Source: Bdellovibrio sp.
GTDB lineage: Bacteria; Bdellovibrionota; Bdellovibrionia; Bdellovibrionales; Bdellovibrionaceae
NCBI GenBank assembly: GCA_046318155.1
Contig: JBKCUU010000087.1
Location: forward strand, 1 to 29,148
Direction of reading: 5' to 3'
Length of the DNA stretch: 29,148 bases
Positions 16,571 to 24,740 of this stretch are shown here, piece after piece; the first letter of the stretch is position 1; each line of letters opens with the position of its first letter. Under the pieces are notes generated by a model. The model had not been told where the DNA came from and did not search any database. It saw only the letters and a program-made list of their open reading frames with translations. The position numbers and the translations under genes are program-made.

Positions 16571-18412
16571 CTAAGCAAAGGCCTGTCGGCCATCGATCGT
16601 TTGCAAATTCCAAAGTTGGGCATACAAACCATTTTTGGTCATGAGCTCTTCGTGCGTGCCTTTTTCTTTGAGTAAGCCTTGATCTAAAACTAAAATCTCG
16701 TCAGCGCCCACAATCGTCGAGAGCCGGTGCGCGATCACGATCATCGTGCGGCCTTTACGGACCTCTTCGAGTGATTTTTGAATGAGCGATTCGGTCTCGT
16801 TGTCGACCGCCGAAGTGGCCTCATCCAAGATCAAAATGGGCGGATCTTTCAATATCGCACGCGCGATTGAAATCCGCTGCCGTTGACCGCCCGATAGCTT
16901 TTGACCGCGCTCGCCAATCACCGTGTCGTACCCGTCTGGGAGCTTTAAGATAAACTCATGGGCATGCGCCCGGCGAGCCGCCTCCATCACGGCTTCACGC
17001 GAAAGCTTGCGGTTTAATCCATAGGCAATGTTATCGGCAATCGTGCCCGAAAACAAAAAGACATCTTGTCCGACGTAGCCGATGCCTTGACGCAAACTCT
17101 TGAGCGCGATGTCTTGGATGTCCACACCGCCAATCGAAATAGTCCCCGAACCAACTTCGTAAAAACGCAGGAGCAATTTAACTAAAGTTGATTTTCCAGA
17201 TCCCGTGGGCCCCACGAGCGCCACCGTTCGTCCGAAGGGGATTTCGTAGCTAAAATCTTGAATCGTCGTTTCGCGGCCCTGATACGAGAAATTGATTTGA
17301 TCAAACTTGAGTGGTTGATTAAACGGCGCGCGCGCAAGGGCCCCCGGCTTATCAACGATGCTTAAGGGAGTTTCGATAATGTTAAGTACCCGATTGGTCG
17401 AAGCCATGGCGCGCTCAAAAAGATCAACCGTCTCGGCAAATCCCGTCATGGGCCAAAGCAGACGCTGAGTCAAAAACACCAACACCCCGTACATCCCCAC
17501 GTTGAGCTCCCCGCGCAGAACCATCATCCCACCGAAGAGGAAGGTGCATAAAAACCCAAACAAGATGGCCATACGGATCAGTGGGATAAAAGCACTCGAG
17601 ATGCGGATCGCGCTGGCGTTTGCGGTCAAGTAATCTTGCGAATCCTGCTCGAGAGTTTTGGCTTCGCGCTCTTCCATGGTAAAGCTTTGAATCGTCGCGA
17701 TACCAGTGATGTTGTTCGACAGACGCGACGACAGTGCCCCGGCTTTTTCGCGAACAACACGGTACAAGGGTGCTGCTTTGCGCTGAAAATAAAAGGCGCC
17801 CCAAAGAATAATCGGTACCGGAACAAAACTGACCACGGCAATCAACGGCGAAATCGCAAAGAACACTCCACCCACCAGCACAACGGTTGAGACCAGCTGA
17901 ATGATGGAGTTGGCGCCGCCGTTTAAGAACCTCTCAAGCTGATTCACATCATCATTTAAAATCGAGACCAATTGTCCCGAGGTTTGGTTCTCAAAGTAGC
18001 CCATGTCCAATCGCTGCAAGTGCGCATAGCCTGCTTGGCGCAGTTCATGTTGTATCGACTGAGCGAGCCCGCGCCAGGTGATGAGCAACAGGTATTCGAA
18101 CAACGATTCACAGACCCAAATCACCAGGGTCAGCCCCGCTAAGAAAAACAATTGTTCTTGCGGCGACTCATAACCCAACTTCGCAATGAAACTGGCTTTT
18201 TGGCTGACGACGACGTCAATGGCGATCCCGATCAAGATCTCGGGCGCGACATCAAAAAATTTATTCAGAAAGGAGTAGAGGCTGCCCAGCCAATACTGTC
18301 TCTTGTATCTACTGGAGTAGGACAAAAGACGCTTCAAGCTTTGAAAACTGTTTTCTTGGGCCTTTCTATTTTCTTTTCTATTTTCTTTTCTATCAGTAGT
18401 CATGTTGGTCAT
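16571..18412 (-). CDS. ABC exporter, fused permease and ATP-binding domains (MsbA/MdlB-like)
   Basis: N-terminal TM domain; Walker A GPTGSGKS, signature LSGGQRQR, Walker B ILILDEATS, IAHRLST; start at 18412 or 18403, just after the oppC stop. Confidence 0.93.
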   Translation of the reverse strand: MTNMTTDRKENRKENRKAQENSFQSLKRLLSYSSRYKRQYWLGSLYSFLNKFFDVAPEILIGIAIDVVVSQKASFIAKLGYESPQEQLFFLAGLTLVIWVCESLFEYLLLITWRGLAQSIQHELRQAGYAHLQRLDMGYFENQTSGQLVSILNDDVNQLERFLNGGANSIIQLVSTVVLVGGVFFAISPLIAVVSFVPVPIILWGAFYFQRKAAPLYRVVREKAGALSSRLSNNITGIATIQSFTMEEREAKTLEQDSQDYLTANASAIRISSAFIPLIRMAILFGFLCTFLFGGMMVLRGELNVGMYGVLVFLTQRLLWPMTGFAETVDLFERAMASTNRVLNIIETPLSIVDKPGALARAPFNQPLKFDQINFSYQGRETTIQDFSYEIPFGRTVALVGPTGSGKSTLVKLLLRFYEVGSGTISIGGVDIQDIALKSLRQGIGYVGQDVFLFSGTIADNIAYGLNRKLSREAVMEAARRAHAHEFILKLPDGYDTVIGERGQKLSGGQRQRISIARAILKDPPILILDEATSAVDNETESLIQKSLEEVRKGRTMIVIAHRLSTIVGADEILVLDQGLLKEKGTHEELMTKNGLYAQLWNLQTIDGRQAFA

Positions 18413-18417
18413 TGTGG

Positions 18418-19263
18418 TCACGCGAGATCCTCGCGTTTGACGGAGCGGGCGCCAAGATGACCTTGGGCTTCGTCTCGAGCCGAAAACGCGATCTGAAAGT
18501 AAAACAGAGTCACAAAAAGAACAAGGCCTGGTGCGAGCAACAAGTGGGGCGCCACCGAGAAGCTCTTCCAACCCTCTTGCAACAAGGTTCCCAAGGACAC
18601 GTCCGGTGGCTGCAGACCAAAACCTAAGAAACTTAGAAAACCCTCAAACAGCAGGAACGAGGGCAAAGCCGCCAAAAAACCTTGTTTGAGCAAGGGCGAG
18701 ATGTGAGGCCTTAAGTGAACCCAGAAGATTCTGACGGGTCCGGCCCCAACCGCCCTTGCACCTTCGACAAAGGGCTCCGCCGAGATCTGAAGCACCAAGG
18801 TGCGCGTGAGCCGTGCAAAGGTCATCCAATGCACCAGGGCAATCGCCAGCGCCAAAAAAAAGACTCGCGCTAAACTGCTCGTCTCCGCCCAAGGCCGAAA
18901 AAATAGTACCAGCAACGTCACAAAGACCAATTGCGGAACCGAACTGATAATCTCCATCAAGCGCATCAGGAGGAGGTCCACCCAACCTTTTTTATAACCG
19001 GCAAAACATCCCAGTCCGGACCCAATCACCAGGGCTACTATGGCCGCCACAAGTCCCACACTCCAGGTGAGAAAATGCCCCTGCAGCACGCGCACAAGAA
19101 GATCCCGGCCCAAGCTGTCGGTCCCGAATGGATGGCGCCATGACGGCGCCGCCAAGACAAAATCCAAATGCGTCTCGGCACCACCCCATAACCATAACAA
19201 AAAACTCACCAGTGCCAGGACAATTGTAAAACCAGTGTAGAACTTAAGGACCCGCGACTTCAT
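18418..19263 (-). CDS. oppC: Oligopeptide/dipeptide ABC transporter permease, OppC/DppC type
   Basis: APSWRHPFGTDSLGRDLLVRV, EAA loop FVEGARAVGA, LSFLGFGLQPP..SLGTLL; ATG 19261-19263 overlaps the oppB stop. Confidence 0.85.
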   Translation of the reverse strand: MKSRVLKFYTGFTIVLALVSFLLWLWGGAETHLDFVLAAPSWRHPFGTDSLGRDLLVRVLQGHFLTWSVGLVAAIVALVIGSGLGCFAGYKKGWVDLLLMRLMEIISSVPQLVFVTLLVLFFRPWAETSSLARVFFLALAIALVHWMTFARLTRTLVLQISAEPFVEGARAVGAGPVRIFWVHLRPHISPLLKQGFLAALPSFLLFEGFLSFLGFGLQPPDVSLGTLLQEGWKSFSVAPHLLLAPGLVLFVTLFYFQIAFSARDEAQGHLGARSVKREDLA

Positions 19264-20189
19264 TTGACCGTCACCCTTGGATCCAGACACATCAAGGCCG
19301 CATCGGCCAAAATTTGAAAAGCAATCAGCAAGACGCCAAAAAACAAAGTCAGTCCCAAGGCCAAGGTCCAATCCCGGTTGAGCAAACTCTGCGTAAACTG
19401 AAATCCCAATCCCTGGATCGAAAACAAGGTTTCGATCAGCAAACTGCCCGAAAGAAGTCCCGCAGCTAAGCCCGGAACGGAGCCGACATAAACAGGCATC
19501 GCGTTTTTTAAACTCCAACGCCAGATGAGCCGGCGTGGATGACTACCTAACGCCTCAAGAGTGCGAATGTAATCTTCTTGGCGAACTTGCCGAAGCTTCA
19601 CATCGAGCAGACGCCCCAAGCTCAGGCTGGGCCGAAACGCGAGCAAAAAAACCGGCAAAACGTATGAGAAAGCAGAGCCGCCGCCGCCGCCGCCGCCGCC
19701 CACACGGATCGGAAACAAATCCCACTGAAAACAAAAAAGCCAAAGCAGCAGAGGTCCCAAAAAAAGTGTCGGCAACGACAGGCCCAGCTGACTGAAGGCC
19801 CGCGCGGGCCGGGCCCAAGAAGAAGAGAGGTGCGGAATCGTTCCCCAAAACAAACCCAGCAAAAGGGCAATGATTAAACCCGGCAGACTCAGCGCCATGG
19901 TGGCGGTAAATCCCGTGGAGATCACACGTGCTACGCTCTGATCCGAGAAATACAAAGAGGTCCCGAGATCACCTTTTAAGATTTGGCCCCAGTAGTTCGT
20001 ATAGGACGCCCACGCGCCCTCATGGATTTTGTATTTGGCTTCGAGCAAAGCCCGGATCTCGGGGCGGAGTGCGACCTCTTCGTCAAACGGGCCACCCGGA
20101 AAGAACCGAAGCAAAACAAAGAGAACTGTTCCCAGTCCCCAAAGCGTTAAAAGCCCTGTCAAAAGTCTTCGAGTTAAATATCTTCCCAT
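19260..20189 (-). CDS. oppB: Oligopeptide/dipeptide ABC transporter permease, OppB/DppB type
   Basis: YLTRRLL, PGGPF, GDLGTSL, EDYIRT..ALG, SLKNA, GSLLIETLFSIQGLG, NRD, LDPRV C-terminus. Confidence 0.87.
   Translation of the reverse strand: MGRYLTRRLLTGLLTLWGLGTVLFVLLRFFPGGPFDEEVALRPEIRALLEAKYKIHEGAWASYTNYWGQILKGDLGTSLYFSDQSVARVISTGFTATMALSLPGLIIALLLGLFWGTIPHLSSSWARPARAFSQLGLSLPTLFLGPLLLWLFCFQWDLFPIRVGGGGGGGGSAFSYVLPVFLLAFRPSLSLGRLLDVKLRQVRQEDYIRTLEALGSHPRRLIWRWSLKNAMPVYVGSVPGLAAGLLSGSLLIETLFSIQGLGFQFTQSLLNRDWTLALGLTLFFGVLLIAFQILADAALMCLDPRVTVK
19677..19700. repeat. (GCC)8 microsatellite encoding Gly8 in OppB
   Basis: Perfect GCC x8 on the + strand; protein reads IRVGGGGGGGGSAF. Confidence 0.95.
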
Positions 20190-22699
20190 GTCTCTTTGCT
20201 CGCCGAGACACTTTCAAACCTAACTTTCAAAGATTCGGTGAGCAAAGAATAGAACTCTTTCGATCCGCCGTAAAGCTGCGTATAAACGTAAGAGTTGGCG
20301 AGAACACGTTTGACGTAATTCCGTGTCTCCAAAAAGGGAATGTGCTCAATAAACTCATCGAGATCCAGCTGACCAAAGCTCGACAGCCAACCCCGCACCC
20401 GGTGAGGTCCCGCATTGTAACCTGCGGCCGTCAGGGCAAAGTTCTGATCAAACTGCTTCATCAGGCGTTGCAAGTACTTGGTTCCCAGCCGAACCGAAAC
20501 TTCAGGTTGAAATAAACTTTGCGGCGTAAAGCTCTTTACACGGAGAATTTCGGCCAATTTGTTACCGGTGTTGGGCATGATCTGCATCAAGCCGATGGCG
20601 CCCACGGGTGAAATCACATCACGCTTGTAAGCGCTTTCAGCTTTCATGATTCCCCAAACCAAGTGCGAAGCCACGCCAAACTCAGTCGTGGCTTTGGTGA
20701 CGATGTCTTTGTACGCCTGAGGGTAGGCGTGCTGCCACAAATAGCGAACACCCTCGATGCCGTATTGCGAGCGCAAAGAGGCAAAGGCATTTTGTGCAAT
20801 CGAAGCCGACCGCTGAAACTGCTCGATCGTTTCGTATTCGGTCATCAAATTTTTAAGGTACTCTTTATTGCTCGTGCGTCGCTCGATATCGTAGAGATCC
20901 CACTTAGCCCAGTCGTTCAGACCTAAGATCATGAGGTCTCGGGCCCGTTCAAATCTCTTCACAAGCACGGGATTCGAGAACGAACTGCGCGTGTCATGCG
21001 AACTATCAATGGCGCTTTCTTCTGCAACATCCAGGCGTGAATGATCGCTCGAAGGTGCCTCTTCATCTGGCTCCGCGGCGCCGTCAGCCGCAACCCCGGA
21101 GAGCTCAACTCCCGAAAACAACGGACTGAGCACGATGTTTTCTTCGCTCTCAGTCTCTTCACTGACTTTCGAAGTCATCCAGGCCCTGCCCTCAAAATCA
21201 TCCATGGGAACCATCTGCTCGGTAGCCGAAAAGCGAGAGAGCCGCTTGCTCTGCTCGGTCAAAACGGGTCTGATCGGTTTCGGCATGAGTCGTTCAATTT
21301 TTCGCAAACGTTGCTGCGAAGCCAGCGCATAGTAACTTTGTCCACCCTCTTTCACGATCGTCTCAAAAGCGGTCTTGGCCGGGCCGTATTTTGCTTGTCT
21401 AAAAAGCGTCATCGCGATCCAGTATTGGATGCGATCATTTCCGGTGATCAAATTCTTCTTACGCCCCTTGTTGTTCAACGCACGAACTTCCGAGAAAGCC
21501 TTATAAGCACCGTCATAATCACCGCGCAGATAGCGAATCCAGGACAAGTGCCAGCGCGCATCCCTTGCAAGACCTGAATTGGGGTAAGCTTTCATGACCT
21601 CCTGAAAGCGGCGCGAAGCCCCGTCGTAATCTTGAAACTGGTAACTTAAAAAAGCAGCTTGATACAAAGCTTGTCGACCCAGCTTTGATTTAGGCGCTAA
21701 CTTCGCGGCCGCATAATAAGAGCCGACAGCAAGCTGAGTTTCGCCCGAACGTGCGGCGGCTGTCGCCAGAGTCGTTAAAAAACTAAAGTTATTTTTTTTG
21801 GCTTCGTAATTCGGGAGCAACAGCTTCATTGCATCCGAAACATCACCTTCATGCAAGAGGTACAGAGCTTCAAGCATCACAACGTCAAACGGATCCTCTC
21901 CTTTGACGTTTCGCAGCTGCTCGATCTCGATCCTAGCCCGACCGGACAAGCCCGCCCACTGCAGGTTCTTGATTCGCTTTTTACGCTCGCCCAAACTCAG
22001 CACGCAACCCGTCGGCTTGTCATCGACCCTCTCCACGGCGAGGTCCGAGGACCAAGCAATCACGCGCCGGTCTTCAGGATGAGTGACAAATAATTTTTTA
22101 AGCCATTTGCAAAATGCCGGTTGATTGTTGATGGCCCGCTCGGACCGAGCTAGCTCCCACAGTAAATCCGAGTGAACAGCCTCATGACGACTCCGTTTTT
22201 CGAGACGGAGCAAGACTTTCCGTGCCTCGACAGGTTTACCCTCGCGCAAGGAAATTTTAGCAAGTTCAAACTTGGCTTCATTCTGAAGCTGCAGATTGGG
22301 AGACATTTCGAGAAGTTTTTCAAAATTAAATTTGGCCTTTTCAAGTTGCTGCGCTTGGGCGGCAAGACGAGCCGCAAACAGATAGGCGTATTCGACCAAT
22401 GAGCTTTGTCCCTTGATCACGTCTTGATAGGCACCAGAGGCCTCGGTGAACTTGCCTTGGGACTCTAAAATCAGGGCTTTCTCCATCAACAAAACGGGAC
22501 GGTCCCCGCTCTCACCGACTTGAGCGAGGCCCTTTTCGACCCAGTCGAGACGTGCGGCTGGCGATTTCGAACGTTGCTCCCGAAGTTTTGAGACCCATTC
22601 GGATTGAGCCATCGCCGTCATTGGCACACACTGCACGCCGACAAAGGCTGCGACGACCAAAAAGGTGATCGTTTGACGGCAAAAAGAAAGTTGGCGCAT
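20174..22699 (-). CDS. slt: Soluble lytic murein transglycosylase (Slt70-like) with TPR-like helical repeats
   Basis: Signal peptide; TPR-like repeats; SLT motifs IMKAESAY, SPVGAIGLMQIMP, AGYNAGP, IPFLETRNYVKRV. AAGGA RBS favours ATG 22697-22699 (alternative 22708). Confidence 0.9.
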   Translation of the reverse strand: MRQLSFCRQTITFLVVAAFVGVQCVPMTAMAQSEWVSKLREQRSKSPAARLDWVEKGLAQVGESGDRPVLLMEKALILESQGKFTEASGAYQDVIKGQSSLVEYAYLFAARLAAQAQQLEKAKFNFEKLLEMSPNLQLQNEAKFELAKISLREGKPVEARKVLLRLEKRSRHEAVHSDLLWELARSERAINNQPAFCKWLKKLFVTHPEDRRVIAWSSDLAVERVDDKPTGCVLSLGERKKRIKNLQWAGLSGRARIEIEQLRNVKGEDPFDVVMLEALYLLHEGDVSDAMKLLLPNYEAKKNNFSFLTTLATAAARSGETQLAVGSYYAAAKLAPKSKLGRQALYQAAFLSYQFQDYDGASRRFQEVMKAYPNSGLARDARWHLSWIRYLRGDYDGAYKAFSEVRALNNKGRKKNLITGNDRIQYWIAMTLFRQAKYGPAKTAFETIVKEGGQSYYALASQQRLRKIERLMPKPIRPVLTEQSKRLSRFSATEQMVPMDDFEGRAWMTSKVSEETESEENIVLSPLFSGVELSGVAADGAAEPDEEAPSSDHSRLDVAEESAIDSSHDTRSSFSNPVLVKRFERARDLMILGLNDWAKWDLYDIERRTSNKEYLKNLMTEYETIEQFQRSASIAQNAFASLRSQYGIEGVRYLWQHAYPQAYKDIVTKATTEFGVASHLVWGIMKAESAYKRDVISPVGAIGLMQIMPNTGNKLAEILRVKSFTPQSLFQPEVSVRLGTKYLQRLMKQFDQNFALTAAGYNAGPHRVRGWLSSFGQLDLDEFIEHIPFLETRNYVKRVLANSYVYTQLYGGSKEFYSLLTESLKVRFESVSASKETWEDI

Positions 22700-22859
22700 A
22701 ATTTTCATCCTTGAAACACGCTTGGAGTTCTTTCATGATACTAGCATAAAAAATCGATGCCGAAGTTAAAAATCAAAAAAGATGATACTTGGCGACAGGC
22801 TAGCCGGTGGTCGGGTCGGGCTTGGTGCAAGTGTTCGACTTTTATCAATGAGGTGATCT

Positions 22860-23249
22860 GTGATTGAAAAGAGTGGCGAAATTACCCGCGAAACCTACAA
22901 ACCAGGCGAGTTTATTTTTTTTGAAGGTGACGTCGACTTTCATTTCTACATCATTGACTCTGGCGAGGTTCAGATCTTTACCAAGAATACTGACGGTGCA
23001 CGGATCAACATCGCAACGATTGAACCCGGTGAGTCGTTTGGTGAGTTTGCGCTCCTCGATCGCGCTCCCCGTTCAGCCTCAGCGCAGGCTCTGACCAATG
23101 TCAGCCTTTTTAGAGTCTCCGAAAAAGGATTTGAGAAATTACTCGAGGAGCTGCCGATCTGGGCCAGCAGCATGCTGCGAAGTTTTGCCGTTCGTCTGAA
23201 GAACATGAACGAAGTCTTAAAAACCGTGCCCCAGTTCTTAAAAAAGTAA
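22860..23249 (+). CDS. Stand-alone cyclic nucleotide-binding domain protein
   Basis: YKPGEFIFFEGD, FYIIDSGEV, phosphate-binding cassette GESFGEFALLDRAPRSASA; no HTH; GAGGTG RBS before GTG. Confidence 0.9.
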   Translation: MIEKSGEITRETYKPGEFIFFEGDVDFHFYIIDSGEVQIFTKNTDGARINIATIEPGESFGEFALLDRAPRSASAQALTNVSLFRVSEKGFEKLLEELPIWASSMLRSFAVRLKNMNEVLKTVPQFLKK

Positions 23250-23273
23250 ACTGAGCCTTTATTTGTGCATGAG

Positions 23274-24473
23274 TCAATCGTACGAGGTCACTTCGTCGAT
23301 ATAAGCGCGCGACAGGTCTTCGAGCTTGCTTTTGATGTCATCATTTTTTTGAATTCGCTTGAGCAAGTCGCGTCCGACCTCCATGAGGCGTTGTTTTTGT
23401 CCTAACCAATTGCACAAATACAAGCCCCACTGATGTTGAAAGCTGTCCTTGTCAAAAGGGTCACGGTCGAGATCCACAAGATTCGAGTGTCGGGGGCGCA
23501 TCCAAAACGACAAGTCGCCAGCGTTGATGAGTTGAAATTGCAACGACAGATTTTCCCCATAAACGGCTCTGATCTCGTCCGTGCGGTCGCTGGTGTTCAG
23601 CTGTTCTTGATAAAACTCTGTCGCCGGCTTTGCCATTTTTTTAAACTCAATGATCTGGTCCAGCTGTCCGTCTTTTTGAACCAAGACCCAATAACGTTCA
23701 AGGCCCATGCTGCTGCCACTGTCATTGATACGAACGCCATAGTCGACGGCCTCCCAGTTTTGCATTTTAAAAAACTCTTTGCTCGCCTTGAGAGCGGCTC
23801 GCAATTCAGTTTTCTGCGCGCGAGTCATCTGAGCAGAAGATTTGAGTTCGAGTTTGTCATACAAAAATCGATGGCCCTGTGTTTTTTTGGCAAGGTAGCG
23901 GAGACGGTCGTCTTCGGTCGTTTTGTGGGTCGTGGTCAAAGCCCGAGCGACCTCGTCTGGGACGTCGGCAACCTGTCCCCCCAGACCCGCCAGGTAGGCT
24001 TCGTACATCTCTCGATATTTAAACCGCAGATCGCTCACCTTTAAAATTGTCATCAATCGCACAGCATCTAACAGCAACGGGGCCCGGCCGCCGTCGTCCA
24101 AATCGACAACCGACAACTGGCGTTTGTTTAGGTTATTCTCGATGTCGAGAACATTTTTCAAATGCGGGTCGCCAATCACGACGCCATCGATCAAAAGCGA
24201 CGAGTCCAAGTGAAGCTCGGCATTCTCTTTCATCCAAGCCCAATAATGGTTCACGTTGCTGGACAACATCTTGCGGGGGTTCTTTCCAACCTTGCGCCAG
24301 AGCGTCTTGATGCTGGCATCCGAAGCGGGTCTACGAGAGTCTGAAATCGCGAAAGCAGTTACGCTGGGTACAACCAAAGGACGCGCCCGAATACCCAAGT
24401 CATAGGTGACCCACACCAGAGCCGGGCACAAAAGGGTTAGCAAAACTAGGGCTGGCGACTTCATAGAACTCAT
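23274..24473 (-). CDS. DUF2252-like (kinase-fold) protein with N-terminal hydrophobic segment
   Basis: IGDPHLKNV, VVDLDDG..AP...D..RL, SGSSMGLERYWVLV and IIEFKK resemble DUF2252 motifs (GDxHxxNF, DFDE, GxGSxGxxRY, LxxKE); start 24473 or 24464. Confidence 0.7.
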   Translation of the reverse strand: MSSMKSPALVLLTLLCPALVWVTYDLGIRARPLVVPSVTAFAISDSRRPASDASIKTLWRKVGKNPRKMLSSNVNHYWAWMKENAELHLDSSLLIDGVVIGDPHLKNVLDIENNLNKRQLSVVDLDDGGRAPLLLDAVRLMTILKVSDLRFKYREMYEAYLAGLGGQVADVPDEVARALTTTHKTTEDDRLRYLAKKTQGHRFLYDKLELKSSAQMTRAQKTELRAALKASKEFFKMQNWEAVDYGVRINDSGSSMGLERYWVLVQKDGQLDQIIEFKKMAKPATEFYQEQLNTSDRTDEIRAVYGENLSLQFQLINAGDLSFWMRPRHSNLVDLDRDPFDKDSFQHQWGLYLCNWLGQKQRLMEVGRDLLKRIQKNDDIKSKLEDLSRAYIDEVTSYD

Positions 24474-24740
24474 CGAGGGATCAAGACCTCAGGGAGCGGC
24501 CTTCAAAGTGGAGGCCAATCCAAAGCTGGCAGGCTCCAAACCAAATTCTGTCATTGCCCAGAAATTTGACAGCGGGCCTTTTTTGGGTGCCGCAATTGGT
24601 GACAATTTACGGCTCCTTTTTGTGAGTTTGACGGCATTGAACCATCCCGCGGAACCTGAGGGCACGGCATTGGGCCTTCTATTTGCCTTTCCTGCCCTGA
24701 AGCTCTGTCTGTAAACAAAACGTCGAGGACTTATAACACC

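Noticed and set aside
19264..19518. N-terminal extension of OppC in the ORF track
   Set aside because: Overlaps oppB out of frame; the ATGA-coupled start at 19263 fits better.
22740..22770. GCCGAAGT as a sigma-28 -10 element
   Set aside because: No matching -35 element at the correct spacing.
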